Shown here: one piece after another, positions 20,301 to 28,655 of the stretch
Layout: each line of letters starts with the position of its first letter
How positions within the stretch are numbered: the first letter of the stretch is position 1
Source: a virus
Length of the DNA: 64,000 nt
Strand: one strand, 5' to 3'
IMG/VR virus record: IMGVR_UViG_3300006735_000026
Location: 1-64,000 of that record
Notes under the pieces: model-generated
Told to the model about the DNA's origin: nothing
Databases searched by the model: none
Seen by the model: only the letters and a program-made list of their open reading frames with translations
Translations under genes and position numbers: made by a program

Positions 20301-21679
20301 GCAGCAAGAGCGGTAGAAGACTTCTGTAACTGTACAGTTCTACATCTACCAATTCTATTAGCACCAGACTTTACAGCATTGGTTACGTTTGGTGCCCAGT
20401 CATCATACAGATCCAAGATCTGATATGCATCTGTTACACCATCACCAGAGATTTCTGGCCAACCATATACGTCATAAATTTTGACGAAGTTACCAAGGTT
20501 GAAGTTGATAATAGCATTCTGTCTGCTCTCAAAATCCCTAGGTTTGTCTGCATCAACATACTGAGGTGTGATAAATTCGGTTCTATAACCTCTAACATAT
20601 GCCTTACCAGGAGAAACCTCAAGAGAAAGTTTTCCTTCTTGTGCCAGGTTACCATCAGCAGATGTTTCGCCAGCATTGTAAACACCAGCATTGAATCCAT
20701 CATTCAAATGCTCACGAGCAGTGACATCGAATGTGTCGATAACATAGTCACCAGATTCTTCAAAAGTTCTACGAGCAAGAGACTTCTCAAGTTCGCTATA
20801 CTCAGTTCTCTCAACAAAGTTTTCAATTCTGCTATTATTAATTCTAAGCAGTTCGATGAAGTCTTTATCCGCTTCATCACTAATCAGTCTCTTAACAAAC
20901 TGAGTGTTAATTCTAAATCTATGACCACCAGGAGCAGAATAGTTTGATGTTCCTGCAGCGTTGTCATTCAGAGATTCATCATCTTCAGGAGTAACAATAG
21001 ACTCCAGAACCTCCAGACCAACTCTGTAAGAAGGATTACTACCATACTGATCCAAGATCAGATATGAGGACGGTACATTTACAAAGTGTCCTCTAATATA
21101 ATAGACACCATCACTGATATATGCAGTAGAACCAACCGCAGTTGCATTAACAGGAAGCAACTGTGCGAAAGGAGTACCGATCTCAATAAGGGTAGATCCA
21201 AATGTAATTTCTTTATCCGCAATCAACTGTTCGTTGATTTGGAATGTATTTAATTGTGACTCAGAAGTGGTATCACCAGAGTCAATATATTTCACATACA
21301 GTGTGATATAACCACGCTCTGAAGTAGAAGCAGAGATACTATAAAGAACCTTTGCCTTAACACCTGTTGATAGACCCTCAATAATGGCACCTTCTAATTG
21401 AGCTCTATACGTTTCGACATCGCTACCAAGGAAAGACTCTTGCAGTAAGATTGCTTGCACACCCAAGTCATAACCCACCTGACCAGGGATAACCATCGCA
21501 CCATCTTTGAACAAGTGCGTACCAACTGATTCTACCTGATTCTGCAGAATACTCTGCATCGTGGTAAGTTCCCTTGCCTGAATTGGAAATCCAGGTCTAA
21601 ACAATACTCGATAAAAGTTCTTGTCCTTATCGAAGTCGTCGTAATAAGGTGTGACGTTTAAATTGGTATTTTGTGCCAT
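14339..21679 (-). CDS. large virion structural protein (DUF4815/VrlC-like), 2446 aa
   Basis: NLNVTPYYDDFD...VLFRPGFPIQARELT, LARRTFEESGDY, RYTMKDIG.LE.R, WYDPLAQSF, LFKSQNASTW; follows gp8. Confidence 0.85.
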   Translation of the reverse strand: MAQNTNLNVTPYYDDFDKDKNFYRVLFRPGFPIQARELTTMQSILQNQVESVGTHLFKDGAMVIPGQVGYDLGVQAILLQESFLGSDVETYRAQLEGAIIEGLSTGVKAKVLYSISASTSERGYITLYVKYIDSGDTTSESQLNTFQINEQLIADKEITFGSTLIEIGTPFAQLLPVNATAVGSTAYISDGVYYIRGHFVNVPSSYLILDQYGSNPSYRVGLEVLESIVTPEDDESLNDNAAGTSNYSAPGGHRFRINTQFVKRLISDEADKDFIELLRINNSRIENFVERTEYSELEKSLARRTFEESGDYVIDTFDVTAREHLNDGFNAGVYNAGETSADGNLAQEGKLSLEVSPGKAYVRGYRTEFITPQYVDADKPRDFESRQNAIINFNLGNFVKIYDVYGWPEISGDGVTDAYQILDLYDDWAPNVTNAVKSGANRIGRCRTVQLQKSSTALAATSPFGINPAVTGGVYDLWIYDVQMFTVLNIANAVTPYTVGTRIVGKTSGAAGYIADTGNNTHYVYIEQVNGVFSNGEILQINGRDVGTLEAAWTYQLSDTRSCFGEDGSSAIRFGANWILNDSRPIESSTIDVDQAADDELTGFRTRFEKDLRPGDVVTPTLSTFEGANTLRVKRVDPTAIGTTTVNKKGSVANNAVIFDYTSQTAALDQSLMVGTVTDGEYGEMVRMRPFIFQKDYQNGELSFDLPEDVMKSLDDESFFVYRNFASKTVTTGSITFTVPETEAFAALSSDNYVLTVIANGGSGTFANGENIDIDAQVDGGVLTASFGANNQSFTIAGLGSVATVTLTALVSKNTVAKKLKTASKMQALKVYKTFEDLIEQPTGLSFSSLYGTRVQDEEISFGVNDVYRVHAIYESYDDNDASAPYVVLTESTFFAAGTLMVGRTSGARGRVISFSNADLKLYYVSLNEIPFIQGETINGFNASNEAITGIIDDSTESIFAGSKVITDQFTLEAGQRTNFYDVSRLTRLPSTVPPTRRLLVIFDYLSHATSGDYFSAESYSGIDFKEIPLYKLDGSIKFIRDQIDFRPAVKELRNGSGTIGAPFYVNCTTFDFVSRVFDTTGGSAGSTIFDIMQVNSSFRADYSWYLPRIDKLYLSHDGKLRVSKGVSGYALIPPPHVQNSMLLATIEYKPYVFDPERDVLITTENLRRYTMKDIGDLEQRLTHVEYYTSLSMLESQADNTKTYDENGFDRLKNGYVVDDFTDHTTGDVLNQDYKCSLDFREGQLRPQHYTTNVGLQFNATSSVNVVKTNGNVVMLPYDDTAVVVQPYASRTENVNPFNVFTFIGRIDLTPASDDWIDIERLPARVENVEGDFSSVSQDLQVDQNGFAPIQWGSWQTNWTGETVTSSSRTRSASGTFGVGRQLGALGHGQRRQGLFYLHERRTVRVVNNQARQGIRTRVVPKIERRSLGDQVLSRSAIPWIRSRNIGFNVDRMKPRTRFYAFFDGVSVTNYITPKVIEIIKNSTTDSRTNETPFVVGETVIGGTSGCQLKVVAPDDGYKTNPYGKGTEVLPTSYSSQTEYLNHDITAISETVSPDYFGNVQVGELLVGQTSGAVAVVKDRRLLTDNVGNIQGCLFIPSPKNDANPRWATGTRAFRFTTSEENSKAPGAVDSSADATYSATGTLQTVRENILAVRNAEIVRDTVTEDRVVQTTRTETRQIGWYDPLAQSFIVEEEGGMFLTGVDIFFNTKDTNIPISMQIRTMENGYPTKTILPFSDVTITPDNIEISESAAVPTRFTFKAPVYIKSSVEYCFVLLSDSNEYKVWISRMGDVDVTGTRTISEQPYAGVLFKSQNASTWTADQYEDLKFTIYRANFTSTTGTVSLQNTPQGKGNNGVHRLIENPILTIKPKLVLSLGAAATQYTFSQGARLLQQTSAAQATVVSTTTSGSVSDTITVTDTSGSWLQGTANTYLVRSSEAIATMVVGSASGTLEVGDIVTGATSNAIGIVKTWDGSANLVLHYITGAFTDTESLSEPGGWSATVTSSVESGDSFGAYLTAAPTFDSDQTEVLVFHRNHGMHNRSNNVKVEGVVSEISDTTLTSALSTGATSITVANAALFHKVVNGAAISNTNPGYIQIGTELIQYSAISADGKTITVATSGRGANSTTEATHASGALVKCYNLDGIPLIDINKTHTSVSCPWLDTYMLHITGVANNGIRSGGNAVFATQNVQFETLTPSISVMDLPETDITARVNTTSATSIGNGSSSVDQASFVNDGTYAPVTLNDINLFDNPRMICSEVNELAKLSGQKSFNMQIDLSTEKSTLSPVVDLDRCSLITTTNRINQWPGGPDAYGQQSQIDTSQDVSTLPFGDQNDAVYITRLARLIRESRSLRVDFQMSRPPESEVRIYYRIFNSGTNEDVDSVGWTLMPLPLQYDSSPSEEVLWKDYYYEVSGLNFNAFQIKIVLRSSNQARIPLIADLRAIALAT

Positions 21680-23211
21680 TAGAATTCGATGACGATTTTA
21701 ATATCTTCTACCTGGTCGTTTGCGCGACTGATTGATCTTCTATTATCTATATAAACAACGTCACCGCTGTTTGACTCAATCTCGGGTTTTGCATAACCGC
21801 TATTGAATCTCATACCCAAGTCATACTCGGTATTGTTGATAGTTCTAGAAGAAGAATTAGGAACCGCTGGGAAGTTAACATCAGGCTGACCAGCAGCACC
21901 AGATGTTGCACCATTAATAACATTGGAACCGTCAAATTCATTTTGAGTACCAGTTACCTCAGGGAAAATACCATCGGTAGCGTTTTGGTAATACTTCAAG
22001 ACTTTGGTGGTGGGGTTCCACGAGATAACTCTCGCACGAGCAGTAACGTTCGTACCACCAACAACTCTAGTTTGAGTGATAATTTCATCAGGAACATAGT
22101 TACCTTGGAACGTTGGCGAGAAGATAACTGCTTTAGTAGCAGAAACCGTCAAGTCAGAAATCAATTCTGCCGTACCAAATTTTAGAGGATTTGTGATAAG
22201 ACCAATACGACGATAGTCGTTATCAATCGGGAAGTCACCTGCACCCTCATCATAAGAGAGTTTAGCGTTGATCATGACACGGAAAGCGCCAATCTCTGTA
22301 ACAGCATCTGCACCATGACCACCTGGGGGTGGGATGATGACATCAACTTGACCACCAGCACCAGTACCAATACCAGTAATGCTATCTACACTGATTTTAC
22401 CAAAGGTATAACCAGTACCACCAGAAGTAACAGTAGCAGAAATAATCTTACCACCATCAACAACGATGGAAACACGACCACCAGTACCGTCGCCATTGAT
22501 AGCAACGTTATCGTATGTGCCGTTATTATAACCAGAACCTGCTGAGTTAATTACAACAGTGTCAATCTCACCAGCGACTGCATTTGTTTTTACCGCGTCG
22601 TTTGTGAAGACGGGCATATAATCGTTGGAGAAAAACTTGAGGACGGAAGCGACAGGGATGGTGTACATGTATTTCCAACGATATCCATCACCAGTGGTAA
22701 TAATGCTAGTGGAAGTGCCAGTAGGCTCAACTGTAGAAGGTTTACCATTAGGATCAGAAGGGGATGTACCGTTATAAATGCACTTATAGACCTGATATTG
22801 TGAATTCACAACATAGAAATCAGAGTCATATAATTTAGTAGCACCAGAGGCAGCAGTCTTTGAAGGGGAGTAATCATGACGATACATGTCATAAGTAAAA
22901 CCCAGACCACCAGTAGTTTCTTCAGGGGAAACCCAGTCAATACGACGAACAACCTGAACGGTATCCGCAGCAAGAACTCTCTTCAAAGAGATCATGTCAT
23001 CATAGGAATCGGAGAATTCTCCGAATGAATCAACTGCCTGAGGTGGCGAGTTTTCATTATCCCAAGATTGAGGTCTTCCAATGAAAAGATATAATCGATC
23101 ACGATTAGCACCTGCCGCAGAATCACTCTGAGTTGCGTCAGGACCTTCCAGTGCTTTGATGAACTTTTTCGCTGAAAAAATTCTAAATTGATCAGTAAGT
23201 AGTGCTGCCAT
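21679..23211 (-). CDS. baseplate wedge subunit gp8
   Basis: LYLFIGRPQSW, VYKCIYNG, DGYRWKYMYTI, NDYRRIGLI, NSGDVVYIDNR, EDIKIVIEF. Confidence 0.93.
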   Translation of the reverse strand: MAALLTDQFRIFSAKKFIKALEGPDATQSDSAAGANRDRLYLFIGRPQSWDNENSPPQAVDSFGEFSDSYDDMISLKRVLAADTVQVVRRIDWVSPEETTGGLGFTYDMYRHDYSPSKTAASGATKLYDSDFYVVNSQYQVYKCIYNGTSPSDPNGKPSTVEPTGTSTSIITTGDGYRWKYMYTIPVASVLKFFSNDYMPVFTNDAVKTNAVAGEIDTVVINSAGSGYNNGTYDNVAINGDGTGGRVSIVVDGGKIISATVTSGGTGYTFGKISVDSITGIGTGAGGQVDVIIPPPGGHGADAVTEIGAFRVMINAKLSYDEGAGDFPIDNDYRRIGLITNPLKFGTAELISDLTVSATKAVIFSPTFQGNYVPDEIITQTRVVGGTNVTARARVISWNPTTKVLKYYQNATDGIFPEVTGTQNEFDGSNVINGATSGAAGQPDVNFPAVPNSSSRTINNTEYDLGMRFNSGYAKPEIESNSGDVVYIDNRRSISRANDQVEDIKIVIEF

Positions 23212-23239
23212 TTCGTGTAGGTACTGTTGTCCTCCTGTT

Positions 23240-23247
23240 TATTTATG
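23240..23247 (-). promoter_or_regulatory. T4 late promoter (CATAAATA)
   Basis: Intergenic upstream of gp8, followed by AGGAGG. Confidence 0.7.
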
Positions 23248-23251
23248 TGGG

Positions 23252-26200
23252 TTACGAACGAACAATTGTCGCATATTCAATTCGTTTAATTCTATATGAT
23301 GCTCCACCGTTACCATTCAGTTTCTCCCCACCAAGAATTGCATATGCTGCTGCATTTGCTCCAGTGCTATCACCGCCTGCATTGGTAAAGGTAACGGTTG
23401 GGTGTAGGTTGTAAGTACCATCAACGGTTTGTTTGATACCATAACCACCATTGGAAATAGTGATTGATGAAACCTGGTCACCCGCAGTTGTCATGTTTAC
23501 AGTTCCTGTTGCTTGAATGTCTCCGACATTCTCAACTGTAACTGTTGGTGTTCCTGTATAGTTTGTACCAGCGTTTTGGATGAAGAAATCTACAACCGTG
23601 CCGTCTTGAGAGAATTCGTACAAGTATCCAGCAATACCAATATTAATGTTGCCAGTATTAAATGGAATAACGTTTTGAACCTGAAGTATAGCATTTGTAG
23701 TATCCCAAGATACCACCGTAGCTTGAACACCCGAAACATCGCCAGTGACAACTTCATTCACGCTATAATTCTGACCATTGCCAAAATTACCATCTAAGTA
23801 GATATTTAGAACAGCAGTGTGCTCAACACCTTCGCTCAGACCACCTGCTGTTGCGATACTTGCATATTTGAATGGAATGCTTGCATCTTTGATCTGATCA
23901 CCAACTTGGAACAGAGTCGTGTTCTGACCACCCTGCGTTTCTTCAATACCATAAAGTGAATTAAATATCCCACCATCCAAACTAATCTGATTCTCATAAT
24001 CAGTTCCAGTATTTACCAGATCAGCAATACCATCACCCGCTCCACTATTCTCATCATCATCTTCAAACTTTCTATCCTGCAATGTGGAAACAGGTTCTGT
24101 AAGAAGAGCGATTGAATCACCTACAGACTGAAGGACCACATGAGGTTGGAATCCAGAGGGAGCACTGGATGCTACACCAGCGTCAAATTGAACAATAGCA
24201 TCTTCGGTAGAAGGAATACCACCATCGATGAATGCTAGTTCATCAACCTCAAATACGACCAAGAGTTCTCTGGTTGTTGGGTTGAAATCATAAACCTTTG
24301 CAACTTTGTTATTTGCATTCTCAACCTTTCTAATAACCCTGTCACCAACACTGAAATTATAAGTTTGTCCAGCATCGAGAATAACTCTCTGATCATAATT
24401 GAAGTTGATACCTCTAGTCAGACCAGTAAATTTACCCGCCGCTTTGGAGGTGTATGAAATAGTCTCAGCATTCAGGATGAAGTTACCAGAACCAGGATAT
24501 GCATCTGTAGAATCAACGTAGATTGTCGAGTCTGATGCAGAAACATTCTTGGTCAATCCAGTCAAATAGATATTTGAAGAATTGAATGCCTGACGAGCAC
24601 GAGTCTTTCTCTTCAGATTTACTAATTTAGTAAAGATGATATTTGGTTGTGACGTATATCCTTTACCAGGATCTGTGACGTTAACACCAGTAATTTCACC
24701 CTGACTGATTATTGCTTCACCTTTAGCACCGATACCGCCACCACCAGTGAATAGAACAAAGGGAGGTTCTTGATAGAATTCACCAGGATTTACAATACTT
24801 ACACTGGTAACTCTACCTGTAGTATCTACTTCTGCCGCACCTTGAGCACCTTGTCCAGTTCCACCACCTTCAAAGATAAGAGTAGGTGGAGTTGCATACT
24901 GTCTTCCTGAATTTAATAGTGATAGACCAGTAATTGTCTGAACAATAGGACTACCTGTTGCACCAGATCCTTCACCACCAAGAATTCTTGCTTTTGCAGG
25001 ACCAAAGAATCCATCACCCTTTTTGGTCATCTTGATGTATGAAACCTGACCAGGAGCATCAGGATTCAGAACAACTTCGCCCTCAGCACCTGAAGGGAAT
25101 TGATCTACTATTGCAGGGACAGTATCTCCCTCAAAGAGAGGAGCACTGTAGAATTTAGGACCAATAGCATATGGATATACAGGATTACCACTACCATCTT
25201 CAGTCATGAAGTAGGCATATGTTCCGTTCGGATACTCAGGAGTTGGACCAAACTTACCGTTGTATTCATCCAAGGTTCCTACACTGGCATCATAGATATA
25301 ATCTTCTGTAAGATCACCAAGAAGATATGCATCTTGCACACTTCTAAGTCCTCTATCTGCATTTGCGTATGAGAACGTGTATAACGCTCTAGGTGCATCC
25401 ACACGAACTGTAATTCTTAACTCTCTTGTAGTTGCATTTGCAAACTGTGAAAGATATGAGGTGTAAGTTACTTCACTACCATCAATGAAATATTGTACGC
25501 CATCACCATACACATAACTTGTAACACCAATATTAGAAGGATCTCCTGTTGAGTGCCAGGAGTTATCCGTTGTTGATAGCAGGAATGTATCAGCATCCAT
25601 GCTTGCATCATTACATTGGAAGACGTAAGTCTTACCTCTTTCCAAATTCAAGAAAGCAGGGCGAGATCCATCAAATTGATATTGACCATTTGACAGTGTT
25701 ACAGCATATGTAACTGTTCCTGTTGTGCTGACACCAATAGTTACTCTGGCACCAGGAAGTTCATTAGTGGTTCTCAATCTGTAAGAAGAAACTTCTCTTG
25801 CAACAGCACCACTAGAATTATATCCATAAGGACCATAGATGGGATATCCATCAAAGGACATACCCAGAACTTTTGAGTGTCCATCTACATGACGAGATTT
25901 ATCAATCGTATTGGGGTTGTTGGTATCTGATTGATAGAAATTTGTGGTGTAGTAATTGTTAACAGGTGGTGTATTATCGACTGCAGAACTGAGACTGATA
26001 TAACCTTCATCACCCTCATATCCAGACATATATCTGTGATAAGCACAATGATAATAAATGCGAGAAGTTTCATCCCCATTCATTATAAACAACATCTGAT
26101 ACGGACTTTCATAATCAGCAGCAGGTGCTGTAGATAATCCAGTGCTGTTGTAATACAGAGCACCACCGTTTAATGTACCATCTTGAGTTGTACTTAAACG

Positions 26201-27394
26201 TAGTGGGTGTCCTATACCCTGTTGATTAGAAGAATCTGTCTGATTCCAAATAATCAGTTGATTACTCTTAACTTGAATATTTTCAGGTGCCAGATAATAT
26301 TGACCAGGAACAAAGGGACCGAACTCTGCAGCATCTGGTCCAAAATCAATATAATATACGTTCAAAGATCGGGGATCATCGGAAATTGTAAATGTAAATC
26401 CGTTTGATCCTAAACATCTATCACCATTAGAGAAAGACGCACCAGTAGATACATTTCTGAGATAGATTCGAGTAATATTATTGAGATTGTCTCTAGAGAT
26501 CTTAGCAATCTCACCTCTAGCGTTACCACCAACCTCATCAACAATACGACCAATTTCAACAGAACCCAATGTCTCATCAACATTAGAAACTGTGAGCATG
26601 ATATTACCATACTCAACTTTTACATTCCAAGTAAATTGCTTGAGATCACCCCAATTAAATACACCATTATCTAATGCAAATTCATCAATTACCTTATTTG
26701 ATTGATAATACCTAACATTGGATTCTGTTACTGAATCGTATGTGTCAGTATTCTTAATATAATCATATTTTACAGTATCAATAGAGAATCCTGCAGGTGA
26801 TCCACCATCGGTGCCCCATTCTGGAGTATGAAGTAAACCACCATTAGATAAGATACCAATTACTTTATCTTTCTGTTCTTCACGAGCGGCAGGATTAGGT
26901 ACATCTTTACCGCCACGATATATAAATGTTTGATCAAATGTTCTATCTACAAGCGAACCACCTCCAGGTGCTGCTTCTGCCTGAGTCCAAGTGGGTTTAG
27001 GATGATTGTCAGATTGAATTCTTAATCTGTCAGTATCAGTGCTAAAAGAACCGCTGGTCGGAGAGTTTGGATGTGATTGCCAAATTCTATTGACGTTAAA
27101 TGATGTCAGAACATTAGGAGTCTCTTGTTCTGGAATAATTTGTAGTCTTAATGGGTCATATCCACGACCCCTTTCAAGAACGCGAACATGAATAATTTTA
27201 CCCGAATCTTCATCGATAATCGGATACAGCAATGCTTCCTGATCAGGTGTGCCACACCCATCAATAGTTAGTCTTGGCGGATCCGAGGGACTATACCCAC
27301 TACCGCCATCTTTTACTCTTACTGCGCGAACACCGAAAATCTCGTCAAAGATTGGTTCGATGACGGCACCAGATCCAGGAACAGTTCTTGCCAT
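23252..27394 (-). CDS. virion structural protein (1380 aa) with YHYH-family and cupredoxin-like segments
   Basis: GMSFDGYPIYGPYG...LDEYNG...PEYPNGTYAYF; HPL...YYHCAYHRYM; many G.GY...P.V repeats. Confidence 0.8.
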   Translation of the reverse strand: MARTVPGSGAVIEPIFDEIFGVRAVRVKDGGSGYSPSDPPRLTIDGCGTPDQEALLYPIIDEDSGKIIHVRVLERGRGYDPLRLQIIPEQETPNVLTSFNVNRIWQSHPNSPTSGSFSTDTDRLRIQSDNHPKPTWTQAEAAPGGGSLVDRTFDQTFIYRGGKDVPNPAAREEQKDKVIGILSNGGLLHTPEWGTDGGSPAGFSIDTVKYDYIKNTDTYDSVTESNVRYYQSNKVIDEFALDNGVFNWGDLKQFTWNVKVEYGNIMLTVSNVDETLGSVEIGRIVDEVGGNARGEIAKISRDNLNNITRIYLRNVSTGASFSNGDRCLGSNGFTFTISDDPRSLNVYYIDFGPDAAEFGPFVPGQYYLAPENIQVKSNQLIIWNQTDSSNQQGIGHPLRLSTTQDGTLNGGALYYNSTGLSTAPAADYESPYQMLFIMNGDETSRIYYHCAYHRYMSGYEGDEGYISLSSAVDNTPPVNNYYTTNFYQSDTNNPNTIDKSRHVDGHSKVLGMSFDGYPIYGPYGYNSSGAVAREVSSYRLRTTNELPGARVTIGVSTTGTVTYAVTLSNGQYQFDGSRPAFLNLERGKTYVFQCNDASMDADTFLLSTTDNSWHSTGDPSNIGVTSYVYGDGVQYFIDGSEVTYTSYLSQFANATTRELRITVRVDAPRALYTFSYANADRGLRSVQDAYLLGDLTEDYIYDASVGTLDEYNGKFGPTPEYPNGTYAYFMTEDGSGNPVYPYAIGPKFYSAPLFEGDTVPAIVDQFPSGAEGEVVLNPDAPGQVSYIKMTKKGDGFFGPAKARILGGEGSGATGSPIVQTITGLSLLNSGRQYATPPTLIFEGGGTGQGAQGAAEVDTTGRVTSVSIVNPGEFYQEPPFVLFTGGGGIGAKGEAIISQGEITGVNVTDPGKGYTSQPNIIFTKLVNLKRKTRARQAFNSSNIYLTGLTKNVSASDSTIYVDSTDAYPGSGNFILNAETISYTSKAAGKFTGLTRGINFNYDQRVILDAGQTYNFSVGDRVIRKVENANNKVAKVYDFNPTTRELLVVFEVDELAFIDGGIPSTEDAIVQFDAGVASSAPSGFQPHVVLQSVGDSIALLTEPVSTLQDRKFEDDDENSGAGDGIADLVNTGTDYENQISLDGGIFNSLYGIEETQGGQNTTLFQVGDQIKDASIPFKYASIATAGGLSEGVEHTAVLNIYLDGNFGNGQNYSVNEVVTGDVSGVQATVVSWDTTNAILQVQNVIPFNTGNINIGIAGYLYEFSQDGTVVDFFIQNAGTNYTGTPTVTVENVGDIQATGTVNMTTAGDQVSSITISNGGYGIKQTVDGTYNLHPTVTFTNAGGDSTGANAAAYAILGGEKLNGNGGASYRIKRIEYATIVRS

Positions 27395-27397
27395 TTA

Positions 27398-28627
27398 TCA
27401 ATTTACAACGTTGATAGTACCATTCATCAGAGAATGAATAGTGCATTGATAATAAAGTGTGTTGGGAGCGTCCATGGGAACAGTCCAGTAGAGAACACTA
27501 GTTCCGCTACCAGTTTGACCAGTGGTATATGCGCTTCCGCTCAAACCTTGTGTGCTTTGAATTCTGAAGGGGTGTTGCCCACCATTAACAGAGTTATCAA
27601 ATGCATAAGTAAACCCTCTATGTACATAGACTGTAGGGTCATCTTGTGTGGTTGGGAATCCAGGACCACTGAATGTGAAGTGATTGGCACCATTAGCACC
27701 AATTTCCCACCAAGTAATAGGACTTCTAACAACTGTCCATTGAGTTCCGTTATAGAACAACGAATCACCCTGTACAATACCAGTTACATCCGTGTCTGTC
27801 AGAGCAGCAAGGGTTGTAGGAATAGTACCATCAAAATTAATTGTTAAAACATCACCTGTTACTGAGGTTGCGATGTTTGTACCACCAGAAATCGTGAGAC
27901 TATCTGTAACGGAATTTGCTGTAGTGCTACCAGTATCACCAGAGAATGTAGCAAACAGATTTTGATCTGCTCCACCGCCTCCACCGCCTGTTTGATCAGC
28001 AGGAACCCAATTGCTACCGTTCCAAGCAAGAACTTGATCGGCAGTTGGTGCTGATGTTGTAGTATCTACATCACTCAGAAGATTAATACTAGAATATTCT
28101 GTAAGAAGTTTTACTCTAGTATCGCCAACACCACCAGCGGTGATATTCATATTCACATAAGGATTATCATCACCATCAACAGTGAAGTAATAACCCGTAT
28201 AGGATGCTGCTGCTGGTGCGTTACCAAGAGCAGAATATTCATTTTTGTACTGAACTTTTGTAGGGAAGTCAATAACACCAGTTGAACCGTTAAAGGTATT
28301 AACGATACTTCCGTTACTAACAGTAAAGTTTCCAGTTCCGTTGGGAGTAATGGCAATATTCCCGTTGGCAGAAGATACAATATTGTTACCGTTAACATCC
28401 AGGTTAGCAGTAAGGTTTGTATAGTCAGAAGGTAAGAACGTCGTTCCGTTATACCTTAAGACTTGCCCTACAGCAGGATTGGTAACACTAACTGTTAAGT
28501 TAGTGCCGTTCCCTAATGCAGCATATACTTCATTGAAGTTGTCATTGATCTTGTCACCACCGACTCGTAGGGTATCACCTGTGTTATCATTAGCGGAGGT
28601 TCCAAGACCGAGTGTTTGTTTAGCCAT
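27398..28627 (-). CDS. gp9/gp10-like baseplate tail-fibre connector with C-terminal cupredoxin-like domain
   Basis: N-terminal ANDNTGDTLRVGGDKINDNFNEVY; C-terminal HPF...YYQCTIHSLMNGTINV. Confidence 0.8.
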   Translation of the reverse strand: MAKQTLGLGTSANDNTGDTLRVGGDKINDNFNEVYAALGNGTNLTVSVTNPAVGQVLRYNGTTFLPSDYTNLTANLDVNGNNIVSSANGNIAITPNGTGNFTVSNGSIVNTFNGSTGVIDFPTKVQYKNEYSALGNAPAAASYTGYYFTVDGDDNPYVNMNITAGGVGDTRVKLLTEYSSINLLSDVDTTTSAPTADQVLAWNGSNWVPADQTGGGGGGADQNLFATFSGDTGSTTANSVTDSLTISGGTNIATSVTGDVLTINFDGTIPTTLAALTDTDVTGIVQGDSLFYNGTQWTVVRSPITWWEIGANGANHFTFSGPGFPTTQDDPTVYVHRGFTYAFDNSVNGGQHPFRIQSTQGLSGSAYTTGQTGSGTSVLYWTVPMDAPNTLYYQCTIHSLMNGTINVVN

Positions 28628-28647
28628 TACTCGTAGGAATTTTTAGT

Positions 28648-28655
28648 TATTTATA
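28648..28655 (-). promoter_or_regulatory. T4 late promoter (TATAAATA), overlapping the gp7 stop
   Basis: Perfect consensus. Confidence 0.8.

Noticed and set aside
14339-21679. VrlC-like protein as a virulence factor
   Set aside because: The name is historical; position and motifs indicate a structural protein.
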